From: Candidatus Gottesmanbacteria bacterium
GTDB lineage: Bacteria; Patescibacteriota; Microgenomatia; UBA10105; UBA927
Reading direction: 5' to 3'
DNA length: 64,000 nucleotides
Assembly: GCA_963701185.1 (NCBI GenBank)
Contig: OY969569.1
Coordinates: 795,548 to 859,547 of the forward strand
In this document: positions 9,053-18,985 of the stretch, piece by piece
Layout of the letters: each line of letters opens with the position of its first letter
Numbering within the stretch: the first letter of the stretch is position 1
The notes under the pieces: model-generated
Databases searched by the model: none
Told to the model about the DNA's origin: nothing
The model's input: the letters and a program-made list of their open reading frames with translations, nothing else
Program-made: the position numbers and the translations under genes

Positions 9053-9697
9053 TTACAAAAATCGGAGAATGCGTGCTTTTGCTTTAATCTCGGCAAACCA
9101 TGTCTGCAGCTTCTGGTTCATCTGTTGGGAAAAAATAGCCTGTCTGGCTTCTTCTTTTACCCCGGCTTCGTCGGTTGCCGTGAGCGTCGACCCGCTGGTG
9201 GCAATATAGTTGGCAACTTCATCATCCGTGATCGTAATATCCTTCCCTAGCAGTTTTTCAACCGTCAACTGGATGCGGAGCTGATCTTCAAAATCCGACT
9301 TCGTCATGCCCTGGTATTGAAGAACATCCTCAAGACTTACCGTGCCGCCTAGGCTTTTAATAAGATCCGATTCTTTTTTGGCAATTTCCTCCTGCGAGAC
9401 ACGAACATTGGCTTTCCTGGCTTCCGAATCAACGAGCGATTGGCTGATCATGCTGTCCAACGTTTGAGCCCCGAACCGGCTTGCCATGACCTTATTGAGC
9501 TGCCACCGAAATATCGGTCTGCCGTTGACGACCGCGGCAACCAACAATCCCTTGTTGGACACAAAAATGGCGACCAATCCGAGGATAACGACAACGAGGG
9601 CCGCCTTCGCAATCGGGAACCGGCGCTTGGGTTGTACGGGTTGCATGGGTATAAGATCTTCCGGGGGTAATTTTTTAACGGATTTTTTTCGTGCCAT
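9053..9697 (-). CDS. SurA N-terminal-domain chaperone-like protein (PpiD/SurA-like, membrane-anchored)
   Basis: N-terminal TM anchor followed by a SurA_N-like helical chaperone region. Co-located with the PPIase gene. No parvulin domain. Confidence 0.5.
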   Translation of the reverse strand: MARKKSVKKLPPEDLIPMQPVQPKRRFPIAKAALVVVILGLVAIFVSNKGLLVAAVVNGRPIFRWQLNKVMASRFGAQTLDSMISQSLVDSEARKANVRVSQEEIAKKESDLIKSLGGTVSLEDVLQYQGMTKSDFEDQLRIQLTVEKLLGKDITITDDEVANYIATSGSTLTATDEAGVKEEARQAIFSQQMNQKLQTWFAEIKAKARILRFL

Positions 9698-9748
9698 ATG
9701 GTCTCCTTTATATGTAACGGATAATGCAGGAAGGATATCACAGTAGCT

Positions 9749-10441
9749 TTATCCCTGCAAGCGGGAGGACGGACAGAGGGAGTTCATCACGCACGCCGCG
9801 CAGTCGGGGTTTTGGGCACGGCAACGGGCGCGGCCGTGATCGATAAGGAGATAGGTGAGGCTAAACCAGTCTTTTTTGGGAATGACCGTCATGAGGTCTT
9901 TCTCAATTTTTACGGGATCCGCGTCTTTTGTGTAATCGATGAATACCTTGCCTCCGCGCTCAAAAATCATGAGTTTTTTACCGCCGATTTTCGTCAAATC
10001 CACGAGACGCAGCCGCTGGCTCACGCGCGACACGTGCGTATCCACCGCGATTCCGACCACGACGCCGTAGGCGTTCCCCAATACCACATTGGCGGTTTTC
10101 CGGGCAACACCGGGGATCGTGAGCATTTCGTCCATGGTTCTTGGAACATGACCGCGGGTTGCGCGTGCTGCAGCAAGGATGTGTTTTGCCTTATTGTGAT
10201 AAAACCCTGTTGACCTGATATCATGCTCAAATTCAGACAGATCTGCCTGCAGATAATCATTAATCGATGTATATTTCTTAAAAAGTTTTTCCGTGACTTT
10301 GTTGACAGTCAGGTCCGTACACTGGGCCGAAAGCATGACGGCGACCAGAAGTTCCCACGGAGTTGAATAATGAAGGATAATATGTGCGCCTGGATAGGTT
10401 TTTTTCAATAAAGAGAGAATGAGACTTGCATTATGAGCCAT
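9749..10441 (-). CDS. nth: endonuclease III (DNA-(apurinic or apyrimidinic site) lyase)
   Basis: HhH-GPD block 'LPGVARKTANVVLGNAYG...DTHVSRVSQRL' and C-terminal 4Fe-4S cluster loop 'CRAQNPDCAACVMNSLC'. ORF 9749..10576 trimmed to the Met at 10441 (MAHNASL) to give the typical ~230 aa length. Confidence 0.8.
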   Translation of the reverse strand: MAHNASLILSLLKKTYPGAHIILHYSTPWELLVAVMLSAQCTDLTVNKVTEKLFKKYTSINDYLQADLSEFEHDIRSTGFYHNKAKHILAAARATRGHVPRTMDEMLTIPGVARKTANVVLGNAYGVVVGIAVDTHVSRVSQRLRLVDLTKIGGKKLMIFERGGKVFIDYTKDADPVKIEKDLMTVIPKKDWFSLTYLLIDHGRARCRAQNPDCAACVMNSLCPSSRLQG

Positions 10442-10463
10442 AGCCTGAGTACAATCATAGCAC

Positions 10464-10964
10464 ATGACCATCCCGAGGCTACATTTCCCGCATATTTCCC
10501 GAATATTCTCCGCATTTTGTCTTTGGACGCTCCTTCTTACGCTTGTCAGCTTCAATATCTTCCTGCGGATCACCAAGCCTATGACCTATGCGGACGGTGT
10601 TTTTCAGATATTTGCCCACCCTAACGCTGCTTCCGCATATGAAAACCTGGCCCAAGCGCTGTGGAGCTCGGGGGCGCGTACCCAAGCAAACCACGAACTG
10701 GCTATTGTCGCAGAACTTAACCCGGTGTTAGGCGCAAGTACAACAGCCAAGGAAGAACGTGAGAAAACCGATAGTATCTATTGGCTCAACATTGCCGCCT
10801 CATACCCCGACTATCGCGATGCCTATCTGCAAATTGCCGCACTCTCTTACCGTCAGGGAAATCTCACGCAAACGCATGCGTATCTCGTCAAGGCTCTGGC
10901 ACTGGATCCGAATAATGCGGCGATCAACCGACTTCTTGCGTTTACTTCGAAGTTTTTGGAGTAG
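10464..10964 (+). CDS. membrane-anchored TPR-repeat protein
   Basis: N-terminal TM followed by TPR-like helical repeats ('AYENLAQALWSSGARTQANHELAIVAELNP', 'AYLQIAALSYRQGNLTQTHAYLVKALALDPNN'). Start codon uncertain. Confidence 0.4.
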   Translation: MTIPRLHFPHISRIFSAFCLWTLLLTLVSFNIFLRITKPMTYADGVFQIFAHPNAASAYENLAQALWSSGARTQANHELAIVAELNPVLGASTTAKEEREKTDSIYWLNIAASYPDYRDAYLQIAALSYRQGNLTQTHAYLVKALALDPNNAAINRLLAFTSKFLE

Positions 10965-11643
10965 GTTCGACAGGAGGAGCAGCTTCTGTCGGTGTTACTG
11001 CTTCCGTAGCTGCCGGGGCGGCGGCGGCTTCTGCGGCTGCGGCGGCTTTCACTGCTGCTTCCGCAGCGGCTTCTGCTTCTGCTTCTTTACTGATTAATGC
11101 TCCGACACGAATGACAGATTGATCTTGAGGAGTCAGAACGGTTACGCCGGAAGAAACTTTGAGCTCTCCCACCTTCACTTCCTGACCAACCTCTGCCAAT
11201 GGTGAAATATTAACCGTCAGCTTTTCCGGCAAGTCCGTCGGCAACGCTTCCACTTCCACCTCGTCAATAAGAGTGAGAAGTACCCCGACTTTCCCGATAA
11301 CCGCCGGCGCGTCCCCGATAAAAACGAGCGGCACTTTTGCATGAACTTTTTCTTTCAAATCTACCTGGTGAAATTCAATATGCAGCACCTGATTCGTCAC
11401 GGGATCTTTCTGCAATGTGTGGACAAGAACAGGCCGGATATCTTTTCCCACCGCAAGTTCAACCAGCCCCGTCTCCCCTGCTTCCTTGTATAGCTTCTCA
11501 AATCCTGCTGCGGGAACCGAAACCGAAACGCTTGTAACATTTTTGCCGTATACCGTCGCAGGAATCTGACCTTCCCGGCGCAGTTTTTTCACTTTCCTGC
11601 CGACGAGATCACGGGGTTGGGCTGTTAAGGAATGTTTTTTCAT
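10942..11643 (-). CDS. rplY: 50S ribosomal protein L25 / general stress protein Ctc with an Ala/Glu-rich C-terminal tail
   Basis: 'LTAQPRDLVGRKVKKLRREGQIPATVYGKN...VLVHTLQKDPVTNQVLHIEFHQV'. Low-complexity tail AEAEAAAEAAVKAAAAAEAAAAPA. Confidence 0.8.
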   Translation of the reverse strand: MKKHSLTAQPRDLVGRKVKKLRREGQIPATVYGKNVTSVSVSVPAAGFEKLYKEAGETGLVELAVGKDIRPVLVHTLQKDPVTNQVLHIEFHQVDLKEKVHAKVPLVFIGDAPAVIGKVGVLLTLIDEVEVEALPTDLPEKLTVNISPLAEVGQEVKVGELKVSSGVTVLTPQDQSVIRVGALISKEAEAEAAAEAAVKAAAAAEAAAAPAATEAVTPTEAAPPVEPTPKTSK

Positions 11644-11645
11644 TG

Positions 11646-14087
11646 TTACTTTGTGAACCGGATGCGCGTGAGACGGTCGCGGTCAAGAATCGTATTGTAC
11701 TCGAGTTGGCCGGTGTTTGCAATAAAGTCTTCCTGCCCCTCCACGCCTGCGGTCCATTCGGAGGGATACCGCACCACGGTATGGACCGGCGCTGCGTTCA
11801 CCCCCGGCTGTTTTTGGATAAAGAGGTCAAGGAGCGCACCGGAGTCTCCGAATGAAACGGCCTGATTTCTGGTATAGGAAATGGTGATGTTTTTTTCACT
11901 TCCGGAAGGAATATCCGCGGCAACCCCCAGGACATACAACGGGCTTGTCAGATCCGTCCGCTCAAGATACGGAAGGGAGGGAATTTTTGTCGCGTCTTTG
12001 CGCGCGGGAACCAGAGCCCCGTCAATGGTCACGCCGGCAACGGCGACATCCGGGGGCAGCAAAAACCGAAGATAGGTCCGGTACGATAATTGTTGTTCCT
12101 GCCCGCTGGTATTTTTGATTGTCATGGTTGCCGTTTCACTGACCGTGCCGTCGGCATCGACCGTTACCTGCCGGTTCAGCATCCTGCTGACAAAATAGTT
12201 CGCTTTGTTCACTCCCATATTGGATTCAACAGCAATAAACGGATCAAACCTGCAGGCTCCCTGAGTTTCGCCGACACAGCCGGTCGCGGACGGCACCCGA
12301 CCGGCCCACCCGTAATGGGAAATGACCGACTGAAGCTCATCATTCCCGAACATCATGAGAAGGTCGTGACCGGAAAGCGCGCGTGTTACGGCCTGAAACA
12401 ATGCGGGGACATTCGTGGTTCGGCCGGTCGTAATTTTTGTGATGAGCGCCCGCATCAAGGCTCCGAGAAAATCTCTTTTTTGGGTAGACCCGGGAAAAAA
12501 ATCCGCCTGCGTATAGTACAGGGACTTCCCGTAAAAATTATCCGCCGTGATGCGGTCATTATAATCAGGAAGGTCAATCGGCCCGGTTGCTTTCAACACC
12601 TCAACGATAAATGGCGTGTTGACGGCGAATACTCCGTCAACGCTGGTGCCGCTTTCTTTCTGGAAAAACCATGCGGCCTTTGAGCCGCTCACGGAAAAAT
12701 CCGGGTCCCAGTTTGAATCGCGTAAATACCAATGCTCCTGCCCGAGCAGTTCCCGAATGGGTATCGGCGGATCCGCGTGCCCTTTGAGTTGCCCGTCAAA
12801 AGTATAGACGTCATGCACCGCCAAATCCGTCATCCGTCCGTCTTCAAATGATGCAGTCGCGATACTGCCGAGAAACCCTCCTGTCGGCCGAAGTTCCGCG
12901 CTGTTCTGAAATAAAACAAGATAGGTCCTGGGTTCTTTAAATCCTGCAAGCTGTAAAAATAATGAGACGAGTTTATCCATGTTGGATGCAAAATCCCGAA
13001 GCGTTGTAATTTCTGCAACGACGCGCGTTCCTTCCCGTGCAATCCGGGGAATGGTAAACGGAAACGTCCGGTCTTTCAAAAGAAGTGTAAGTTCCGCTTG
13101 GGCAAGTCCCAACGAATTCTGAACCGAATGTAATGATCTTCGGAGTTTCGTGATATCTGATACCGGCGTCGTACCGGTGCCGGTAACATCCATTTGGTTC
13201 AAAAACCCGGATGCCACCGACTGACTCACTCCCATCATGGACTGAACCTCTTCACTGGCTGCTTCCGCATCGGAAAAAAATGAGAGTAATCGTTCCTGAC
13301 CGCGGATCTGATCCTGAGCCCCTGCCCATTTCAAGGGAACGGCAGCGACATGAAGGACCATGTTCCCCTGTCCGATCCAATATTTTGCAACGCGTAATTG
13401 CCACCCCGCAGTTCCCATGTTTCCGGCGCTGACGGCGCGCACACTTCCGGCAAGGAACGCGCCGGCCGCGGCAATACTGACCAGATACCAGATGACCGGA
13501 AGAATAAGTATCCCCAACCCCATCAAAACACCGGCCAACCACTGCCGCTGTTTTTTCTTCCTGCGGGGAGGAGGTTTCGTGTTATCGCCAAATACATCTT
13601 TGATCATATGACTGATCCGTTCCTTGTCGCTCACCGCCCCCGCCGGAGATTCAACAATGGGCTTCTCATGTGCGATTCGGCTTAGCCGCGGGCTTCGCAG
13701 GTCTAACGTATTTTTTTCCGAGGTGAAAAAAAATTCGAGCATGCCGGCCACCTGTACCCCGGAAATTTCTTTCGGATCGACAAAAATAATTTTGCCGTGG
13801 TAGTCCGCCGGATCGGGCGGGACGGGCGGATATCCGACAACGATTGCGAGTCTTTTTTCCTTTTGTTTTTTCGTCCGGAAAAAAATATCTTTCACAAAAT
13901 CGCTGTCGCCCATCACCAGATGATATATCGCAGCAACATCGGGAACCTTGTTGACAACCACCTGAACCCCGTGTCTTTCTAAGTATTCCCGCAGCGGCAA
14001 TACTGCTGGCGCGTCCTGCGCGTCAATACGGGCTGCAGGTTGTGCGTTTTGTTCACCGGTTGCAACTGATGCGGCGGCAGAATGCAT
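11646..14087 (-). CDS. large membrane protein, DUF4012-like extracytoplasmic domain
   Basis: 813 aa. Cytoplasmic N-terminal region, a TM (WLAGVLMGLGILILPVIWYLVSIAAA), then a large external domain containing 'NSAELRPTGGFLGSIA', which I recall as the DUF4012 signature. The family assignment is from memory. Confidence 0.45.
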   Translation of the reverse strand: MHSAAASVATGEQNAQPAARIDAQDAPAVLPLREYLERHGVQVVVNKVPDVAAIYHLVMGDSDFVKDIFFRTKKQKEKRLAIVVGYPPVPPDPADYHGKIIFVDPKEISGVQVAGMLEFFFTSEKNTLDLRSPRLSRIAHEKPIVESPAGAVSDKERISHMIKDVFGDNTKPPPRRKKKQRQWLAGVLMGLGILILPVIWYLVSIAAAGAFLAGSVRAVSAGNMGTAGWQLRVAKYWIGQGNMVLHVAAVPLKWAGAQDQIRGQERLLSFFSDAEAASEEVQSMMGVSQSVASGFLNQMDVTGTGTTPVSDITKLRRSLHSVQNSLGLAQAELTLLLKDRTFPFTIPRIAREGTRVVAEITTLRDFASNMDKLVSLFLQLAGFKEPRTYLVLFQNSAELRPTGGFLGSIATASFEDGRMTDLAVHDVYTFDGQLKGHADPPIPIRELLGQEHWYLRDSNWDPDFSVSGSKAAWFFQKESGTSVDGVFAVNTPFIVEVLKATGPIDLPDYNDRITADNFYGKSLYYTQADFFPGSTQKRDFLGALMRALITKITTGRTTNVPALFQAVTRALSGHDLLMMFGNDELQSVISHYGWAGRVPSATGCVGETQGACRFDPFIAVESNMGVNKANYFVSRMLNRQVTVDADGTVSETATMTIKNTSGQEQQLSYRTYLRFLLPPDVAVAGVTIDGALVPARKDATKIPSLPYLERTDLTSPLYVLGVAADIPSGSEKNITISYTRNQAVSFGDSGALLDLFIQKQPGVNAAPVHTVVRYPSEWTAGVEGQEDFIANTGQLEYNTILDRDRLTRIRFTK

Positions 14088-14179
14088 AATGGGAAGAATG
14101 TAGACGTTTGTATTATTGCAAATAATACATCCGAAAACAACGAATCAGATGTGATGTATCACGCACAACAAGATCAAGC

Positions 14180-14605
14180 CTACATGAGCGTGTTGTCCAG
14201 CGCCTGGTTGACCAGAAAATCTGCGCGCCGGTTTTGTTCGCGGGGTATGGAAGTGTAGTGGACCACTCCCCCCACCTCTTGTTCCAAAATCCTGATGCCG
14301 GTCGCCAGCGACCGGAGAGTCGGATCTTTAATTTTAAATAATCCGTTAAGCTGGTTAACCACTAGCGTAGAGTCCAAATAAAAAAATATTTCCAATTTTC
14401 CATTCTTCATTCTAAACTCTAAACTCTTCATTGCTTTTAATGCTTCCTCAACCGCCGTATATTCTGCAACATTGTTCGTCGCATTTCCGATTGCTTTTCC
14501 GATTTTTTTTATGACGTTCTTTTTCTCATCTTCAATAACCACGCCGATTCCTGCCGGACCCGGATTGCCCCGTGCTCCCCCATCGGTATGAATAATGAAT
14601 TTCAT
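14180..14605 (-). CDS. rnhA: ribonuclease HI
   Basis: 'MKFIIHTDGGARGNPGPAGIGVVIE', 'NNVAEYTAVEEAL', 'DSTLVVNQLNG'. ORF trimmed to MKFIIHTD. ATGA overlap with the upstream flippase gene. Confidence 0.8.
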   Translation of the reverse strand: MKFIIHTDGGARGNPGPAGIGVVIEDEKKNVIKKIGKAIGNATNNVAEYTAVEEALKAMKSLEFRMKNGKLEIFFYLDSTLVVNQLNGLFKIKDPTLRSLATGIRILEQEVGGVVHYTSIPREQNRRADFLVNQALDNTLM

Positions 14606-15816
14606 AACTTGCGCAGTAACATTGATCCGCTTACAACCAATACCAGCCCTTCGGAGATTACCGTCCACCATGCCGCCGCCATAAATCCGTATGCCGGAAC
14701 AAACACAATATTGCCGACAAGATTAACAATCATCGCCGTCCCGTAAATAACAACAAGTGAGGATTGTTTCTTTACTGCAATCAGCGCCCACATCGTGGCA
14801 CTTGTCAGAAAGAAAAACGGCAGGCCCAATGATAACACGCGCAGCGCTCCGACACTCGGAGCAAAATCGCTTTTAATAAGCGTAACGGCGGGGGCCGCAA
14901 ACCATATAACGATAAGGGACAGGAGAGAGGTGATCAGTAAAAACAAAAATGAATGCATAAAAATTGATTTGAATTTTGACCGTTCCTGTTTGAGCAGAAT
15001 GGGATACACGGCATTCATAAAAAATGTCGGAAACACCAATGCCACTTCAAATACTTTATACGCCAGACCGTAGACGCCGACTTCTGCCGTCGGCCTGGTG
15101 AGGGTGAGGATCACGCTGTCCGCGCGGAAATAGACGAGATTAAAAAGCAGGGTAACCCCCAGGGGTATGGAGGGAAGTAAAAGCCGCTTCATGTCCCCAA
15201 AAGAAATGTGTATCATTGGCAGGGGGGACGAGCGCAGCGCAACATACATTGTTGTTGCCGCGGTCATGATAGAACCGGCGACCAGCGCAAGAAGCGCGGC
15301 CGTAATCCCCGGCACAGCCCACTGGAACAGGAGCACCCACAACAGTCCGACGGTCGTCAGCGACCCGGCCAGTATTGCCCATGCGGAAAAATCATAGCGG
15401 AGTTTTTTTTGAAATATTGCATTGCCGGTCGTAATCCAGGCCTGAAACACGATGGTGGGGGAATACAGGAGAATTCCCAGTCTCACGAGAGATGTATACC
15501 CCTGACTGCCCGTGTCGGGCAAAAGCCAAACAATCACGATGGCCAATGCGACAAGAACCAATCCGCCGATTGTCCGGATACCGATGAGTGCCGGCCAGCT
15601 TGTCCGCGACTGCGCCTGCTGCAAATACACGGCGTTCATGCCGAAATCCGCCAGAAGATAAAAGAGTGCAACGTAGGTCGTGATTTTTACAAAATCTCCG
15701 TACCCGTCAGCCCCCAATTGCCGGGCAACCAAAAACGTGACGATAAACGTAGCCGCGACGCTCACCCCCCTCCCGATGAGCTGGCTGACCGTGTTGATCG
15801 CAACACTTTTCTTCAT
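14602..15816 (-). CDS. MOP-superfamily oligosaccharide/lipid flippase (Wzx/MurJ-like polysaccharide biosynthesis protein)
   Basis: 404 aa with about 12 TM helices. N-terminal 'INTVSQLIGRGVSVAATFIVTFLVARQLGADGYGDF' is typical of the polysaccharide biosynthesis/flippase family. Confidence 0.6.
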   Translation of the reverse strand: MKKSVAINTVSQLIGRGVSVAATFIVTFLVARQLGADGYGDFVKITTYVALFYLLADFGMNAVYLQQAQSRTSWPALIGIRTIGGLVLVALAIVIVWLLPDTGSQGYTSLVRLGILLYSPTIVFQAWITTGNAIFQKKLRYDFSAWAILAGSLTTVGLLWVLLFQWAVPGITAALLALVAGSIMTAATTMYVALRSSPLPMIHISFGDMKRLLLPSIPLGVTLLFNLVYFRADSVILTLTRPTAEVGVYGLAYKVFEVALVFPTFFMNAVYPILLKQERSKFKSIFMHSFLFLLITSLLSLIVIWFAAPAVTLIKSDFAPSVGALRVLSLGLPFFFLTSATMWALIAVKKQSSLVVIYGTAMIVNLVGNIVFVPAYGFMAAAWWTVISEGLVLVVSGSMLLRKL

Positions 15817-15820
15817 ATCG

Positions 15821-17029
15821 TCATTGTATCAAAGAAAGGGAAAGAAAAATGGTAAACAGCAGTTGACCCTGCTGAAGAGTTAAAAAATAATGATCCGCAA
15901 GACCGAGCAATAACAAAAATATAAATGACTTTTCTTTTTTCAGTGCTTTCCATATTAACCATAAAAAAATAACCAGTCCGATCATTCCCGTTTCCGACAA
16001 AATCAGCAAATATATATTATGCACCGGCTGCAAAAAATAAATGGTCCGCGACACCAGATGGGCGGGAAGCCGTACCAAAAAATTTCCCAATCCGTTGCCG
16101 ATGATGGGGGACGCACGGAACATCGAAATGGCGGCTGTATTTAATTGTTGCCGGATGACAACGGATTCATCCTGAAATCCAAACGTTTTTCCGATAAAAA
16201 ATATAAACAGAATTGCAAAAAAAAGGATAGGAAAAAACATGCGATTCTTTTTTCTAAATACAAAATACACAATACTCAATACACATACGACCCACGCGCT
16301 GCGGCTAAATGTCAAAATCAATGCAATGATTCCTAAAATAATCGTGACTGTTTTATAAATTGAAAATTTCTTTGTTTGATTGAAAATTGAAAATTGAAAA
16401 TTGAAAATTAACAATGGCAACATTGTTGCGAGGTATCCTCCCAAAACATTCGGGTGGGGGAATGTCGCGTAACTGCGGAGTTTAAATAGGGAATAAAAAT
16501 CAACGCGGGCGATGCCGGGTGTGTTTACGGAAAATGTCCGTTCACCTAAAAACCAAAAAATTCCTCCAAGAGAGTGCTGAAATAGAAATTGCATGATGGC
16601 GAGTAGAGAAGAATACAAAACGCCGACGGATAACGGGAAAATAATTGAAGAAAATTTTGGTTTCGTCTGAACGATATATATTCCCAGCGCCGCCATCTCC
16701 AAAATTTTTACCCATGCGAACAACGCGACCATGCGGTCGGCTGCAAAATAAATATTCGCACTACTGAATCCTAATATCAGAAAAACTTTTGCAATGGCTG
16801 ATTGAAAATTTCTTTGTTTGATTGAAAATTGAAAATTGAAAATTGAAATTTTTTTTTGTATCAACCAAAAAATTATGGTTAAAAAAATAAGTATATCCGT
16901 GAGATACAGAGTAGGGGAAAGGTAATCGACCCGTCTCCCCAATACCAGTGCCCAATCGGGCCAAAAGTGGTATCCCAGTTGCGTCGGCAGGAAAACAAGA
17001 AGAAGAGAAAACAATAATTCGTGCATCAA
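15821..17029 (-). CDS. O-antigen ligase (Wzy_C)-like polytopic membrane protein carrying two in-frame repeat insertions
   Basis: 402 aa with about 10 TM helices. Wzy_C-like 'RSYATFPHPNVLGGYL' motif. Contains the peptide 'IFNFQFSI' twice, encoded by the 48-nt direct repeats. Confidence 0.55.
   Translation of the reverse strand: MMHELLFSLLLVFLPTQLGYHFWPDWALVLGRRVDYLSPTLYLTDILIFLTIIFWLIQKKISIFNFQFSIKQRNFQSAIAKVFLILGFSSANIYFAADRMVALFAWVKILEMAALGIYIVQTKPKFSSIIFPLSVGVLYSSLLAIMQFLFQHSLGGIFWFLGERTFSVNTPGIARVDFYSLFKLRSYATFPHPNVLGGYLATMLPLLIFNFQFSIFNQTKKFSIYKTVTIILGIIALILTFSRSAWVVCVLSIVYFVFRKKNRMFFPILFFAILFIFFIGKTFGFQDESVVIRQQLNTAAISMFRASPIIGNGLGNFLVRLPAHLVSRTIYFLQPVHNIYLLILSETGMIGLVIFLWLIWKALKKEKSFIFLLLLGLADHYFLTLQQGQLLFTIFLSLSLIQ
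16359..16406. repeat. 48-nt direct repeat copy A, ATTGAAAATTTCTTTGTTTGAT + (TGAAAAT)n, inside the O-antigen-ligase-like CDS
   Basis: Identical over 48 nt to 16801..16848. The 3' part is a 7-nt microsatellite (TGAAAAT, 4 units here and 3 in copy B). Confidence 0.85.
16801..16848. repeat. 48-nt direct repeat copy B (same element, 442 bp from copy A)
   Basis: Perfect match to 16359..16406. Both copies are read in-frame on the minus strand, each in a different frame relative to the repeat. Confidence 0.85.
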
Positions 17030-17041
17030 CCCAATAATACG

Positions 17042-17497
17042 TTAAATCGCCTTGGGTTTCACGAGCAGCGTCCGGGACACGCCTTCGCCCACGGATTCTG
17101 TTTCCACCCGTTCATCGCCGGCAAGTGTGAGGTGAATAACGCGGCGTTCGGATGCGGATAGGTGGGGCAGTTCAATGGGCCGCCCGGCGGAAATGGCCCG
17201 CTCGGCCGCATGCTGGGCCATGAGCATGAGGGCTTCTTCCCGTTTTTCGCGGTAGTCGCCGACATTCACATAGACTTTCACCCATTGGGCCAGCTCCTTG
17301 GAAACCAACAGCCCCAAAATAATCTGGAAACTCTCGAGCGTTTTCCCGTGGAATCCGATCAATAAACCCGTTTCTTCCGTTTCGATATGTACGCGGAATG
17401 CACCGGTCTCGTCCAGGTCGACGCTAACCGCGCCGGCAACATCAAGCCGCTTCAAAAAATCTTCCGTTATCTTTTTTACCTTCTCTATATGTTCCAT
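17042..17497 (-). CDS. jag: Jag/KhpB-like RNA-binding protein (KH + R3H domains)
   Basis: 'GRPIELPHLSASERRVIHLTLAGDERVETESVGEG' is an R3H motif. Sits directly downstream of yidC as in the canonical rpmH-rnpA-yidD-yidC-jag operon. Confidence 0.75.
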   Translation of the reverse strand: MEHIEKVKKITEDFLKRLDVAGAVSVDLDETGAFRVHIETEETGLLIGFHGKTLESFQIILGLLVSKELAQWVKVYVNVGDYREKREEALMLMAQHAAERAISAGRPIELPHLSASERRVIHLTLAGDERVETESVGEGVSRTLLVKPKAI

Positions 17498-17499
17498 GA

Positions 17500-18288
17500 T
17501 TACTTTTCCTTATTAATTGCAATCTGCTGCATGATACCAAAAAGTCCGAAGATGTTCCAATACAGCGCAAGCCCCAACGGGAACTGGTAGGCAAAATATC
17601 CAAACATAATAGGGGTAATAATAGCCATTTGTTTTTGCATGTCCGCAGCCATATCCTCTTTAGGTTTTTCATCTTTGACTGCCAACGCTTTCGCGGCTGG
17701 AGCCGTATTCATCATGAGCTTGGTCTGCCAATACTGCAATGCCGCCGTAATCACGGGAATAAGGAGGAGCCAATACCCCTGTGTCTGAAATTGCGACGGT
17801 TTGACCCCAAGATTCATCCCGAAAAAACTCAGATCAAGAGTTGTCAATTTCAATGCAGGCAGATACACGATCTGGTTGATTTCCCCCATCATTTTCGAAA
17901 GGTTGCCGTTGTTTAACACCTGATAAAAAACGTTGTAGAGGGCGATGAGTACCGGCATCTGGATAAGAAGGGGGAGACACCCTGCCGCGGGATTAACGCC
18001 GTGTTCTTTATAAAGCGCCATCTGCGCCTGTTGGAGGGCGGCTTTGTCTCCTTTATGTTTGATCGATAGCGCGTCCATGTGCGGTTTGATCTTTGCCATT
18101 TTTTTGGCGCTCCTTAGTTGGGCGGCCATGAGGGGATAGAGGAGAAGCCGGATGATAAGCGTGAGTCCGATGACGGCAAACCCCAAGGGCCCGGGGATAT
18201 GCAGAAATTCAAAAAGTTTGTACAGGGCGATGAGCACGTTCAAAATCGGCCAGACTAACAGTTGATTCCAGAGATTCGGATTCGTCAT
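17500..18288 (-). CDS. yidC: membrane protein insertase YidC (short form)
   Basis: '[75 protein letters not shown]' is a canonical YidC/Oxa1 core. Confidence 0.85.
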   Translation of the reverse strand: MTNPNLWNQLLVWPILNVLIALYKLFEFLHIPGPLGFAVIGLTLIIRLLLYPLMAAQLRSAKKMAKIKPHMDALSIKHKGDKAALQQAQMALYKEHGVNPAAGCLPLLIQMPVLIALYNVFYQVLNNGNLSKMMGEINQIVYLPALKLTTLDLSFFGMNLGVKPSQFQTQGYWLLLIPVITAALQYWQTKLMMNTAPAAKALAVKDEKPKEDMAADMQKQMAIITPIMFGYFAYQFPLGLALYWNIFGLFGIMQQIAINKEK

Positions 18289-18500
18289 ATGTTTGGTACG
18301 GGATCAAAACCGCCTTTCGACCATGGATGGCAGCGAAGAATACGTCTCACCCCCAAAATCGATCCTCTGATTATACCATAGCGCTCGATTGCGCCATAGG
18401 TGTACTCGCTGCACGTGGGAGAAAAACGGCATGCCTGTCCGGTTAAGGGAGATATATACCGCTGATAGAACCGGATGGATTTCAAAATAAACCGTTTCAT
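18285..18500 (-). CDS. yidD: membrane protein insertion efficiency factor YidD
   Basis: 71 aa with '[31 protein letters not shown]...[13 protein letters not shown]'. Confidence 0.85.
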   Translation of the reverse strand: MKRFILKSIRFYQRYISPLTGQACRFSPTCSEYTYGAIERYGIIRGSILGVRRILRCHPWSKGGFDPVPNI

Positions 18501-18844
18501 ACGGAAAGTAATCCGCTGATGATTTTTTCCACTTCAGACTGGGGGATATCCGCGAAATTCTTCTTCGCGATAAAAATACCGTCAATGGGCGGTAAGGTTG
18601 ATAAAAGATGCCGCACCGATTCGCTCATAACCCGGCGCATGCGGTTCCGTTGCGTCGCGCGTTTATCTATTTTTGTCGACACGATGAACGCGAATCTGGA
18701 AGTATTATTGTCATTCCCGCGCAGGCGGGAATCGGTATTGGTTTTTTTATAAATTAACTCAATGAGCTCACTGCGTACGTGCGTGCCGTAGCGCAAAAGT
18801 GGAGATATCCCTTCTTTGGGAAGTCTATGGGCGGCGGACAACAT
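18497..18844 (-). CDS. rnpA: ribonuclease P protein component, with an in-frame hairpin-repeat insertion
   Basis: '[28 protein letters not shown] ... [31 protein letters not shown]' is the RnpA fold with the RNR motif. The segment '[15 protein letters not shown]' is encoded by the hairpin repeat. Confidence 0.8.
   Translation of the reverse strand: MLSAAHRLPKEGISPLLRYGTHVRSELIELIYKKTNTDSRLRGNDNNTSRFAFIVSTKIDKRATQRNRMRRVMSESVRHLLSTLPPIDGIFIAKKNFADIPQSEVEKIISGLLSV
18709..18747. repeat. GC-rich hairpin repeat copy 2, located inside the rnpA CDS
   Basis: 'GTCATTCCCGCGCAGGCGGGAATCGGTATTGGTTTTTTT'. Translated in-frame on the minus strand as part of RnpA. Confidence 0.7.
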
Positions 18845-18847
18845 GAA

Positions 18848-18985
18848 TTAAATACTGACGCGGCGGCGTCCAACCAGCCTGCGGTGCTTCAACACCTTAC
18901 GGCCGCCGATCGTACGCATCCTGAGACGGAATCCGTGCTTCCGGATGTGTTTTTTCTTTTTCGGCTGATAGACGCGCTTGGGCAT
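18848..18985 (-). CDS. rpmH: 50S ribosomal protein L34
   Basis: Not in the ORF track because it is under 60 aa. Manual translation of the minus strand gives [45 protein letters not shown], a canonical L34, immediately upstream of rnpA. Confidence 0.8.
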   Translation of the reverse strand: MPKRVYQPKKKKHIRKHGFRLRMRTIGGRKVLKHRRLVGRRRVSI

